The notes under the pieces were generated by a model. The model saw only the letters and a program-made list of their open reading frames with translations. It made no database searches and was not told the origin of the DNA. Positions 51,840 through 64,000 of a DNA stretch of 64,000 nucleotides are shown in pieces (the first letter of the stretch is position 1; the number at the start of each line of letters is the position of its first letter). Source of the stretch: Antedon mediterranea (Eukaryota > Animalia > Echinodermata); assembly GCF_964355755.1 (NCBI RefSeq), contig NC_092675.1, forward strand, positions 4,211,812 to 4,275,811. The letters are read 5' to 3'. The translations under genes and the position numbers were made by a program.

Positions 51840-53631
51840 TTAGCATTTACTCTGTGGCCAGTCCTTTAAGCTCTTGTCGTAGTTAGCCCTAGCAAAGCAT
51901 TCAGCACCAGCTTTATCACATTGGCACATGGCAGCGGCACAATCGGGGTATGGGCAGTCGTTCTTGCCATACTCATTAACACCGGCTAGAAACGGGAAGA
52001 GAGAAGAGAGAAGAGAGAAGGGAACAAAGAAAATTATTCAAAATGTATAATCAGGTACATGTCTTCAACTTCCTTTATTTGTTTGTAAACTTGAACCAAC
52101 TATTGAGTATCAAGTTTTTGTATGCGTAAAGTTTCAGCTATAAACAGTCATAAGTAACAGCTAATATTTGATAAACAAAACATTTTAAGAATTTTCTGAG
52201 ATGATCTTGACCATGTTAAAACACCAACCTCGTAATTCAGTTTTTGCATCCGTTTTGAAATAAAGTTATTATCATTATATTATAGGCCTATATACAGAAT
52301 TTACAAATTATTTACAAATTAGAATTAATCAATATTAGCCTATACAAAAGGAGAATTGTACACACACAAAATGCATAGCTGCAAAAAGGAATCGTTGTAA
52401 GAGTGGTATATACTTTAGAAAAGAAGAAAATGGATTTGAGCACTTACCACATAGGATTTGAGAGGATGGTGTCTTGCAGTTGAATATCCTGTATTTATAA
52501 AGTACAATATACACGTAATCTTCGTATGGACACATCCCGCTTTTCATAACATCGCCGTAACAATTATCGTGTTCAAGACAGCACCTACAAAGTCAATATA
52601 AACATAAATTTACACACATGCAATAAGCATTTGAATAATTATTTCAATCTAGTTCAAAGTTGACCATGTGAAATTATATAATGTGTAGTACATTGTCATT
52701 CTATCAATATTTAAACAAATGAGCGAACAGTAATCAACAATCACAGGTGGCATCACATAATGCACGCGCGCGTACAATAATATTGTATTACCGTTTGAAC
52801 GCCGCATAAAATTATCAGCAGTTAAATAAAACGACTTTAACCCGATACTCACTGGTCTGTGTCATCGATGGGCTTGCCAGTACCTCCATAACCACAGTAG
52901 CAACCATAACCGTCGTAATCCAGCCAGGATGAAATGAAATTTCGATCCGTCTGACAGTGGATCATGTCACCAAATTGGCCAACATTTGCTAAAATAATAA
53001 AGTATGTAATAATCAATAACTAAATCGTTTCCTCTGTGTTGAATCGGATTAAGATTTGCATATGAGTAGACTTTTTAAAGGGACTTTCGTTTTTTAACAC
53101 ATAGAGAAAAGGGGGAACTTTAATAGAAACCCCTTTAAAGGAGTAATGTTTGCCCTTTTAACGTAGCCTATTTCTGATATAAATTTTAGTTTTAAAAAAT
53201 GGTTTTAAAAACTCAGATCTCTCTAATAAAACTGGGTTGGGATTATCCAGGATATTATGACGGAAGATTGAGAAACACACTTATGACCACATTCATTGAT
53301 TTACCTTTAACGGCTACACTGTTGCTGATACAAGGACAATATGTTGCCAACATTCCTTAATCAGTGAAGATGTTTCTTCAGGTAATGTCGTATACACAAT
53401 TATAGTTAGGCCTAAATCGTTACTCAAAATTGCACAACATACTCTAACAAATCGTCAATGGCACGCGATGAAGAGACACAATGTAACGCGCACATTCAAG
53501 TAATGATGAAGTGCATGCGTGACAGTCTCTCTCCATGGTTTAATGTGCCACGGCGGTCGATAATAATATCAAGTATTACGGTAATTACCTGTTGCTACTG
53601 CAATCAACGTCAGGAATACCAGAGACTTCAT
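51840..53631 (-). CDS. Secreted phospholipase A2, group I-like (153 aa). Exons 53631-53589, 52988-52853, 52584-52448, 51985-51840
   Basis: MKSLVFLTLIAVATA-NVGQFGDMIHC...[32 protein letters not shown]...MCQCDKAGAECF...WPQSKC*. Ca-binding loop, His-Asp dyad and helix Asp are intact. GT-AG introns are in phase. TATA-like motif near 53685 and AATAAA near 51765. Confidence 0.93.
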
Positions 53632-54179
53632 TGTGGTTGAATTCAGATTTCGACTGTTGCACCAAACCGTTCAGTTGCTCGCTTATAAAGACAAACCAAA
53701 CATGCCGACAAACATAACTATATCTTATCTTAGCTTTGCTAATTGTTATGCATTACATTGCTAATTACACAGCCATTCGTTTAGGCTATTGGACATTATT
53801 TAAACATTATTTCAATTGTTTGTATCGTTACTATCTTTCATGAGTTGGTTGTCATAAGTATTTTTAGATTTTGACGTCAAATGTGAAACAATACTAACAT
53901 TTTCCGTAGATTATAAAGATAATGTGTAATTAGTATTTATAAAAGTGATTAGTAGATTGATTATAACAAAATACTTGTGAGAAAAGCTACAGGTGATAGC
54001 ATCCATCATAACGAGAGGGACGACGCCCTGTCGTCATATATCAAAATGTTCTGTATTTACAGTTGTATCTAATTCTTTGTTCAATGTAAAAAAAGTTTAG
54101 AAACCGAACGATGGATCGCACAACGGCAGTTTTTTATTTATTTATTTTTTAAAAATTTCATACACATCCAACAGCGAGC

Positions 54180-54360
54180 ACAAACTCGCCAATTACAGGA
54201 TGGATAAACTATTTAATAATTTGTCGTGCTTATAAACTAAGTCTCATTTGAGGCTTAGGAAGTGAAGTTGAAAGAGTCGTGAGTTACAACCCTGGCACTA
54301 GGTCAGGAACACTGGACCTTGAGATTGGAAGGCAAGCACGTTAACCACCAAGCTACATCT
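54180..54360 (-). mobile_element. tRNA-derived SINE (family 2)
   Basis: Homologous to 41715-41895. Confidence 0.55.
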
Positions 54361-54565
54361 TCAAACATAACAGCAGAGTTTTCCAATTCATGAGTTCAAT
54401 TCGGGTTTCGAAGTCTGAATGATAATTTAACTTATTCACAATTCAAACTCCTAAAAGTTTTGAATAGTTTTAAGCTTTCTACCGTTGAGGCACAGTAAGT
54501 ATACAGTGACACTAGCAAATAAAGCAATCGTTTTTTCTTCGGGTACGTGGATACGATGATTCAAG

Positions 54566-54699
54566 ACAACGACGTAACGCAACGTAATGGTTTCGACCAA
54601 TCAAAAGCGATGGATTTATTGGACTGTCGCTTGTCATTAGTCAACTCGTTTGCGTTGCGTCTACGTCCTTGTGTTGCGTCTCTAGTGGGAACCAAGCTT
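54566..54699. mobile_element. MITE family B, partial copy
   Basis: GACCAATCAAAAGCGATGGATT...CTGTCGCTTGTCATT...CTAGTGGGAACCAAGCTT. Confidence 0.7.
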
Positions 54700-54731
54700 A
54701 AGTCACACTACGTGCGTAATTTTAGGTTCTT

Positions 54732-54841
54732 TCAGATAATCTTTTGCTGTTTGCATTTACTTGGTTTGTCATCCTTGGATGGATCATAATCACTGTCTTC
54801 ATCTCCCTCCTCCTCATTTACCTCCTGTTCAAATTCATCCT
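54732..54841 (-). other. Orphan exon-like segment encoding an acidic peptide
   Basis: TTTTCCATAG acceptor, then in phase 1 DEFEQEVNEEEGDEDSDYDPSKDDKPSKCKQQKII*. No parent gene identified. Confidence 0.35.
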
Positions 54842-56746
54842 CTATGGAAAATTGAGTATTACAATTTTACAAGAAGAATTCTACACATAAGCATGGTCAT
54901 TTATTAATTTGCGACATTCATTTTATACGATTAACAGAATAAGAATCTGTGAATGAATACCTATAGCGAACGGATGAATCGTAGCGAATCGTAAAATGTT
55001 CTCCCCACGAAGGCTCAACCATGGCGAAACTGACGCCTTCTCTAGATATAGCATTCACCAGGTCCCTTCCTCTATTGGGGATTTAATCTTCCCTCTGCAT
55101 TCACAAAATCCGCTCTTAATAAAGTTGTTTAAAAAAGTGGACTTTAAGTGACATTTTTGTGATATCATAATAATTATTCCTTGACCTCGTCCCCCTCCCC
55201 CCCCCTGTGTGATATTCTTTTTTGTTGATCCATCAAACAATAATGATAATATTCAAGAACATTGCTCTAAGAGACATCTTAGTTTACCAGAAGCCTCTTT
55301 TGTGTTACGTCGGGGACATTATACATAGACCCTGTGAAAAGCAACACATACGCGCGTCTTATTGGGCTTTCAAAAATATGATTTTCACTATTCTCTTTTC
55401 TTAATATGAATTGAAATGAACTTTTAAAACATTGCGATGATTGTTCATCAGATGTTAACAAACTCATGGGACTGGAGCATGTGTCTCATCAGCTTGTTTA
55501 ATTAAACGAAAGCATTTCTTATCGTGTCAATATTTAGATACAATTAGTAATTAGTTGATTCAACTCAGTGATAACGTGTTCAGATTTTAATGCAGATCAG
55601 ATAAGTAATGGCATTTGGTATTTTCCGATGTTTTTAATGGATCATAATAATTATGAAACCCGATTTAATTTGATTCCTAATCATTATTATAGGCCAATAC
55701 ATTTTTATTTTATTACAATAAAGTTGTTTTTCTAAAATGTTATAAGTTGAATTGAATAGTAAATAATGCTATAACGATGTTGCTGAGTTGTTGATTTTAG
55801 TGATGAAGTGTGATGTTGAAAATTACTGGTTAACAATTTGATAATTTTGAAGAAATTACGTCATAAATGACGACAACAAAATATATTTAACATTACAACA
55901 TAGTCACAAATAAGACGCACAATTATGTGTCTAGGTGTTTTTATTTTTCGGAGGTATGGGCGGATTATTTATAATTCTAAATTGAAGATGGGAAACTGAA
56001 CATATAACAAAGTAATATAAAAAGCAATATATGACTGTATATTATATAATTGATTTTCAGAATATTACCCGGGCGTTTCAAAATTAATGTTTGGCGCCTG
56101 TGGTGTTAAGTATACTGTAAATACAAAACAAAATAAGAGAAACAAGAACTGATTGATTACAAAGTAATGCATTTATTCAAAATAAGTATATAACAAAAAT
56201 ATGAAATAAAGCCGAGTGAATCTCACAAAAGAGAGAGAAAAAAACTTGTTGAAGATGATTATACGACAATAATCTTAAGCTTGTCCCACAGGGACGCAAG
56301 GACGCAAAAAAAGACAATGACCTACAGACTTGCACTAAGTCTAGATGAGGGACAACTATTTATCATAAAAGCTATTGAAACCGTTGATAAACACACAACC
56401 ATAGATCTTGTGGGAGGATAGGATTATAATGACGCGGTATAGCAAAGATAACAATAAATAAAACGACGATTTAAAAGCAGTGACGTATCATCCAGCCGAT
56501 CGGAAGAATACATATCTCTAACATTCAAACTTAAAACATATCGCGTACGCTTAAAAGCATCTGTTGCCAAACCAACCACTAATTTCCATGATAAGCAAAA
56601 CAAACTTAGCATATTTATTAATGGTTTCTTTACTGATAATATAACGTATATAAGATGTTGTGAATTAAGGTTCATTCACTTCAACTTTTTCTTTCAAGAA
56701 ACTACCTCAAATTTTGTCTTTTTTGTTCGAAAAGTCCCCGACCACA

Positions 56747-59500
56747 ATGTTCAAGGTTCTGTTGCTTGTTGCCTTAGCTACAATTACTAGTAAGTATGGT
56801 TATTTTACTTTCCAGTGCAATTCGCGCATTCCAGCTAAATATTTACGGCATAAATGAGCAAAATCGTATATAGCACGTGACACAACAAAATACAATTTAA
56901 CGCGTGTTCAATCTCGAATATTTACTGCAAAGAATCTATTCTATATATATATTGGTGCTTCGCGTACACTTATTGGTAAACTATTTAATAAAAAAACAAA
57001 AATGTAATGTTTTTATGCTTAAAATAGCACGTGGCACAACGAAATACAATTGAACGCGTGTTAAAACTCAAATATTTACGATTTTATTTGAGACTTGCGA
57101 AGAATCAATAGGCCTATATTATATATAGTAATATTAAATTTCCACCAACAATTGGTGCTTCGCGTACACTTTGGTAAATTATTTAATAAAAAAAACAAGT
57201 ATGTAATGTTTTCGAGCCGCGCTTTTAGGCAGTTATATTCAAGAGGACGGAAGAATTAGGAAACTGTATCACGCGAAAGCTAGAGTACGGCTTGACAGGA
57301 ATGGGAATTTGTAAACTCGGACTAGTAATGCTCATAAGTTTTTGTTGGGCACTGATGCATTACACCTAAGTGAATTTAACACTTGGAAGAGAGATTAATG
57401 TTCCATTCATCGCCATGCAATACGTTTGTATAAACGTATATTAAATCTATTAAAATAGTACGTTTTTAATCAAGTTGGTTTTGTCATAAACATTATGATG
57501 CTGTACTTGAGCTGTTAAACCGTTTATGCTTACTTTTCAATTAAATATATATAAATTTGTATACAGTATTGTCACCATCTTAATCTGATTTCTTAATTTT
57601 TTCTAGATGCTTCGCCAACCCGTTCTAAACGCAACGTAGGCCAGTTTGGAAACATGATCAGTTGCATGACTGATCTAGGCTTGATTCGATCATGGACAGA
57701 CTACGATGGCTATGGTTGTTATTGTGGCTTAGGAGGAACTGGATCACCACTTGACGAAACTGACAAGTTAGTAACTATATAACTTAGGTGTTAACTCGTC
57801 ACCTTGACGAGTTAAGTGGTCCTTGCATAAAACTCACCTTTTTAACTTTTTACCTTTTTCAGTTTTCATTTTTAAATTTATTTATAATGTAGTAAAGCAT
57901 GAAAACATAATAAGCCTGAAATCTTATTATTTAAAAACCTTGTATTATTAGCAACAAAAGTTTAAACTGAGCATATCGTACTTTTAAACTGAACATCGTA
58001 CCATATCTTTATCTTTCCCATTGGTGAATAAAGAATAATAGAAATATAGAAATAGAAATATCTTTACAATGACAACAATTAGGTGTCGCTATAACAATGC
58101 AATATGCTATCATAATTTGGAAACATTGACACATATCAGAATGTTCATATTAAACATTAATATCTGCAAAGACAATGCTAATTATTTTCGCAAGAATAAT
58201 TTGTTGTAAATTATATAAATAGATTTATTGACAATCATAAACTGGGTCAGAATTATTTACAATCACAGCGGTTTTCCCGGATTAAGGCCTGTTGAAATGC
58301 AATTCAAGCCTTTAACATTCTTTCAAGTGTAAGAAATAAGTTAAATTTAAAGGACAACTTTACCGAGAACCATATTTTGACAACGTATTTAGGGATGCAC
58401 ATATGATTTCAGAACAATTGCGAGATTTAAGATATCACCGCGCGCGCTCGCCATACAGCATTCTTCGTAAATTTCTGTGACGTCACGAGTGCATGGCAAA
58501 ATACCTCATGAGATTGCACTGTTGTTAATAGTTTCTGAAATCACATGTACATCCCTAATACGTTGTCCAAATATGGTTCTCGGTAAAGTTGTCCTTTAAA
58601 ACTTACCATAGCCTTACCAAAACTTGTTTTCTTTAAATTGTTTTAAATTTTTGTTTTATTCAATTTATTATGAACTACTAATACGTGAAATTAAAATGGC
58701 CTATTGTGAACACTTACATTTTGACAATATGTCATTAATAAGGTTGAACTAATTAATTATGAAAGTTTACAAGTTACGAGTTTAAAACAGAAATATCAAC
58801 TAATTAAGTTATAATTATTTACAAAATAAATTAAACTTTAACCTTAATATTTTGGTTAAGTATACATGTGACTTTTTCTTAGATGCTGTGTAACCCACGA
58901 TCAATGTTATGATACAGTCATGAAAAGCGGAATGTGTCCTTTTGAAAGTCACGTGTATCTCATACTTTATGAATACGAAACATCAAAATGCAACTCACGT
59001 GATGCCAAGATCACATGTGGTAGGTGCTATAATCATTTTCAATTTCCATATACCAGAGAGTCGTCGAAGTACAGTTTGATAATGTAGATTTGGTTCGAAA
59101 GTGTTTCTCAACTCAAACTGGCATTGTTTAAAACTGATATAGGCCTACCTCAAGTTGTACCTTTTCCAGATCTCATGAAATAATGATTTCTGACTCGGAC
59201 GTCCAGAAAAGGATTCGGATCCGGGATATGCTTCTTATTCAGTACAGATTGTAAATGTATATACGGTTGTACCACTTATCCACGAATTGGTCCAAAAATT
59301 TTAGTTGATACATTAGGAAAAATATGTATATATTTTTTTTATCCATAGCTGCAGTGGAAGACTATAGATTCTTAGACACTCCGTGGCCTGAGTGCGCAGC
59401 TGCAATGTGTGAATGCGACGCCAACGGCGCCAAATGCTTTGCAGACGCCTCAAATACGTACGATAAGAAATACAAGAACTGGCCTCAAGAAAACTGCTAA
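56747..59500 (+). CDS. Secreted phospholipase A2, group I-like, with propeptide (163 aa). Exons 56747-56789, 57607-57766, 58883-59019, 59349-59500
   Basis: [34 protein letters not shown]...[32 protein letters not shown]...[12 protein letters not shown]...WPQENC*. Intron positions match the paralog. AATAAA near 59613. Confidence 0.93.
56870..57212 (+). repeat. ~155-185 bp tandem duplication in PLA2 intron 1
   Basis: TAGCACGTG(A/G)CACAAC...ATTGGTGCTTCGCGTACACTT...ATGTAATGTTTT occurs twice. Confidence 0.75.
58351..58595. mobile_element. Kolobok-like MITE with ~60-bp TIRs and TTAA TSD
   Basis: TTAA|AGGACAACTTTACCGAGAACCATATTT...AAATATGGTTCTCGGTAAAGTTGTCCT|TTAA. Confidence 0.8.
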
Positions 59501-59661
59501 ACACTATGGGACGCAATTTAGATTTTGGCGATTCAAAATATTCTTTTAAATTCACATTAAGTAGGCTTATCCATCTTTGATTTGAAGGTATTAGGAAATA
59601 AGTTATTAATTGAATAAAATCTACGGGTATCGACTAATTGTTATTCTGTCTCTATGTTGGT

Positions 59662-59784
59662 GCTTGATTTCCACTCACACGCAACGCAAACGCAATGCAA
59701 GTGATTTGACCAATCACAAGCCATGGATTGTTCGAACTGTCGCTTGTCATCGGTCAGCTCTCTCTCTATATGGGAACCAGGCTT
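59662..59784. mobile_element. MITE family B, degenerate copy
   Basis: TTGACCAATCACAAGCCATGGATTGTTCGAACTGTCGCTTGTCAT...TGGGAACCAGGCTT. Confidence 0.65.
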
Positions 59785-60229
59785 AAAGCGGATCGCCGAG
59801 ACTAGTGGCGCGTTTTTAAAAGCCAATGTGTGCATACTGGTCAAATTGTTTAGGGGCTACCAGAAAAAAAAGAGCGACATGCAAATTCGTTGACTTAAAG
59901 TAAGTTTGACCAATTCAGGTCACCTCACAAACACCTTCAACAATATTGATAAGCTGGACATATTCCATTCTTACTGACGGGGTCACAAAGTAGGCCTATG
60001 TTAAAATAAACTTATTAATATCAAAATATAAATTATTACATGAAATATAATAAAGACGAAGTCATTATAATAGTTATGGGAAACAATTTAATTTATTTTC
60101 TTAGAAAACACTACTACAGGATTGAACGAAGACAAAAGTGAAAACGTCAATGGAAAACCAACCCACTTAACTAATAGCGAGACACGGTATAGACCTTTTA
60201 AAACTTATAAACTATAGACGAGAACGATT

Positions 60230-60690
60230 CATTGAACCATTTTAAGATAAGACATTGAAGTTATACACGAAACTTGTGTCGACTCGTCCGTCCACAACAA
60301 CCTCCCATACATTGGCCCGCACCCTTCTCATCAAGCCATATTTTTAACCCACTGACCAAACCGTTCAACTCGCCTCATCCCTAGCTTCTATACCAACTGG
60401 TCAAGGTCCTAAATCAGTCACTAATCACGCTAACCACGGCAATCCGACTTGAACCCACCTACCGTCAGCATGGTCTCACCTTGATTTACGTATCATTAAC
60501 ACATGGACTTCATTACCTCATCACATTGTTTCAAGCCCAACACACAACACAATTTCAAGCAAAAATATGACACACACATAAACACTATGAGAGGAGGCAG
60601 CCTCCCTATTTCACTAAAGTAAGCATCACTGAGGTAAGCACCCTTGGGGGTAAAAATATTACCTCCATGGTCTCACCTAACCCCCTGGAC
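60230..60690 (+). mobile_element. Heavily decayed LINE (CR1-like) fragment
   Basis: C/A-rich block with residual peptides TRLIPS and RIINTWTSLP.HIV. Frames are broken. Confidence 0.35.
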
Positions 60691-62150
60691 TAAATTTAAA
60701 GCTTAAGTCACCCTTAACTCAATCAGTTGAACGAATTGCAAACAAATGAATACGATATGCTAAGAAATAAATAATTATTAGATTGTTATTACTAAATACT
60801 TGCTATGATTGTTGATCTAAAATATCACACCTTCTTGGTATACAAAATACTTTATCAATAAATGATTTACTTACTATAATAAAAACAACATGATACAATG
60901 CGTATACTACACCTCTATATTTATGGCAGTCAAACGTTTTCTCTACGTTTCAGCAACAACATGAACGATCGCATTAAAACAATACAACCGAGTTTTAAGT
61001 GTTATGCAAATGTCTTACTGAATACCGGTGTTCGCAAATACTTTAAACACATTTTTATCTTTAATGTATTTTATATGCTTTATACTTTTTGCCAGGACTT
61101 AAACTGACTAAGCGCGTATTGACACAAAATATTTTAATGTGTAATTAGCATCTAAAAAAATAATATACGATTTAACCTCATATTAATAAATGGAATAGAC
61201 AATAATTAAATATTATTTAATTGATTATTTACAGTTACCTACAATGGTATACTTTTCAATTTGTAGGTATAAACAATATTTTGTACAGCGATCAACAATT
61301 TACGTTACCGGGTGTAATAAGTCAATAAATTAAGTCTACAATACTTTAAATATCAATTATTTTTTTCAATGGAATGTTCATATGTTCTTTGATATTTCGT
61401 TTAAACAATTAATTTATCAATATTATCAATAGACCTTAATATTATTTTACAAATGTGTTCTTTTATTTACAGTAGGCCTATTTCATAAATTCTAAGCTAT
61501 ATTGTAAATTCGATCTTGTAGATTTTGTAAAAAGACTTTTAAAATAGTTAGTTTATGGTTGTTCTGCCTTTCTATTAGTTTTCTATCTTGTACTGTCATT
61601 GTTATACATTTATTTCAATTATATAAATTCAAATAAAGTCCGTTATGTACAGTCAGTTCGCATTTCGATTTCGATTTCTATATTCGTCTTCGATTTTCTA
61701 TATCAGTTGTTTTACTTCACAGTGCTCACCATACCTCATCATCCATGGGACGCCATCAGTGTCAAAATTGTTCAAAACGTATAAACCGACATATTTATAC
61801 TGTATTAGGAATTTCGCACGAGATGGCATAATGTTATTCACAAAACAAAATAAAACATTCATTATTGATATAATCCGACTGGTTAATTGTTAGTTGAATA
61901 TAAATCTGCAATGTTTAGTAATATCTAATTACAATCACGGTAATTAATAACGTCACTTATTTTCAACAGCTTCAAGATACGCTCAACAAGAAAAACAGCA
62001 AAAAAAGCACCAACAATTGATTTCAAATGACTCCTCCGCGTAACAGTAAAAGCAGCAAAAATCTAAATTTATACAATGTTAAAGTCACATTCAAAAGTCT
62101 TCTTTGACATTACCGTAGGTAATACTTATTGAAATAGTATATGCCTAATT

Positions 62151-63517
62151 TCAGCATTGTGAATAATCCTTTTCGGGCATCGCACCTGCCCCAGGTGGAA
62201 CTATTTCCTCGTCTGACGTAATATCTCCATATGAAAAACCCGGATGCATGTCTACATTCACATAAGGCTAAAAATAAAAATAAAAATTTCGTCGTCAGCC
62301 ACAAACTATTGAAAATATAATATCCTTTATCCTAATATCCTAATATCATTTATGGGAATATGTATATTCAAATGAATTTTCCCGGAGTTTGGGATAATAA
62401 TGTTTATTGAATTGAATGTTCTTTCTTTAAACAGATATCATATAGATAAGTGGAAATAGACCTTTTACTATTTAAAAAATGAAGAAAAGAACCATACCTT
62501 ATGTGCTTGTACTAGACGATTGAGGGCGATATATAGCTGTGCAAAGGTTGGTCGTTCATGAGGTCTGTCCCGCCAACAATGTTTCATTATGTCGTAACTG
62601 CAAACAAAATAACAATACCACATTATTTTTTGAAATTTATCATTCAATTCAATTTCAATTTTACAACATACATCATTATTTATTTACTATATTAATTTAT
62701 TATTATATTTATATTCATTAATTCATTAAATTCATCACCGATGTGGTGGAGAGGAATATTTTTCTGAATCATTTTCAACAATAATAGTGGATAGCAAGTA
62801 TGAGCGTCTATTGTATACACTTATTAAAGTACATAACATAAGTAAGGCGAATCATACACACATAGGCCTACAGACATACACATGCCATATTAACAGAATA
62901 CACTTAACCTTTCTTCTTTTTTTCAACAAAATGTATTTATAGTCTAGGCGATAAAGATAAGAGTATATTATTATTTTTAAAGTTTTCATTAATAGGTCCT
63001 CTTATATTATTTTCTTATTGATCAGTAGGCTATTTAAAATTTTAAAAAAATAGACCAATCACAAACTATATCAGTCAATAACAATAACTAATCAAAATGT
63101 GTAATTATCTTTAATCATGTTGTCTTAATTTTGTGTCATTGAACTAACTAAAAATAATTGTGTAAACTCCTTGAACTCGGACCTACTACTACCACAAAGG
63201 AAATCTTAACAAAAGAAATTTAATTCTACTTTACATTTCATCATCACAATTTAGCGGTTTCTGCATCCTGTATCCGGTAGGCAACTTATCGTACAGTTCT
63301 GCGCAGGTCATTCCAGGATAAGGCGTTCCACCTGTTATAAGGAGATTTAATGTCCATTATCTTCCGTTTGTAACTAAATTCATTTAATTAGGCCTACTTT
63401 ATTATATTCACCTTACAAACGGTTCTGCAAATTCGGTTATAAATTTTGTCAATCATTTAAAAATTTATCAGATGAAATTATCAGGAGTATGGCCTAACAT
63501 TCATCATTATTCAATAA

Positions 63518-63548
<31 letters not shown>

Positions 63549-63980
63549 TCATTTTATGTCACTTTACTAATAAACATATATAAAGTGGAGGAGCCTAAAT
63601 GGAAGCATAGCTTGTAGTGAATAGGCTCATCAAAACAAAAACAAAAAATTCTAAAAATAAACTCTAATATTTGTGATAAAAGAACTATATACTGTAGCAA
63701 TTTCAATATTGTAACTAATCATCGTAATTATTCATTTGTATGCAACAGTATATTGCCAAAATCAGAATTTAGAACAATTCTACACTAGATCGTAAATTTG
63801 ATTTGAACCAAGTACTTTGCCATTATTTTGCTTCTCTATGGTTAGTGCACCTTCACAAGCTCTAGGTCACTCCACTTCCTGGAGAGAAATTATAAATACA
63901 AATTGTGTAGCAATTTCAAATAATTAAGTTAACACTTACCAAGTGTTACAATTTCCCATAAAAGAATTCCAAATGACCAT
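62151..63980 (-). CDS. TIE1: Tie/TEK-family (angiopoietin-receptor-like) tyrosine kinase, 5'-partial, last four exons: 63980-63940, 63331-63235, 62597-62498, 62267-62151
   Basis: [14 protein letters not shown]|[32 protein letters not shown]|[33 protein letters not shown]|[21 protein letters not shown]...[26 protein letters not shown] and YVN....F.Y are characteristic of Tie1/Tie2. Splice sites are GT-AG and in phase. Probably the single co-ortholog of TIE1 and TEK. Confidence 0.88.
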
Positions 63981-64000
63981 CTGTAACAAAATAAAGAGAA

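Noticed and set aside
53305-53353. Alternative first exon for the minus-strand PLA2 (MLATYCPCISNSVAVK, phase-1 GT donor)
   Set aside because: It is in phase but not signal-peptide-like. The exon at 53631-53589 matches the paralog in length, context and hydrophobicity. Cannot be fully excluded as a minor start.
47745-53631. Functional link between the neighbouring nAChR-like and PLA2 genes (toxin and target)
   Set aside because: Adjacency alone is not evidence in animal genomes, and no shared feature is visible.
62110-62304. Minus-strand 64-aa ORF with an apparent signal peptide ([17 protein letters not shown]...)
   Set aside because: It is the polypyrimidine tract plus an alternative frame of the Tie last exon. 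The phase-0 frame gives the conserved YVN tail.

Overview
AT-rich, intron-rich eukaryotic DNA from an invertebrate, probably an echinoderm (inferred from the starfish-like sPLA2s and the Tie ortholog). It is not prokaryotic and has no CRISPR array. Five spliced genes were reconstructed by hand with phase-consistent junctions: (1) the last nine coding exons of the cohesin loader NIPBL/Nipped-B (+, 216-11485), whose last intron is a minor-spliceosome U12 AT-AC intron (9398-11410); (2) a complete 7-exon, about 471-aa alpha9/alpha10-like Cys-loop nicotinic receptor subunit (+, 23202-47745) that lacks the loop-C vicinal cysteines and has a GC-AG intron; (3,4) a head-to-head pair of secreted phospholipase A2 genes (-, 51840-53631; +, 56747-59500) that differ in propeptide and cysteine count; (5) the last four exons of a Tie/TEK-like receptor tyrosine kinase (-, 62151-63980). 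Introns and spacers hold MITEs (P-like, Kolobok-like, Harbinger-like), a foldback element, LINE 3' fragments, tRNA- and 5S-derived SINEs and minisatellites. Notable structure includes tandem duplications that end at splice acceptors and create decoy 3' splice sites, a 1.9-kb palindrome-built satellite and an orphan acidic exon. Family assignments rest on recalled motifs; no database search was run.
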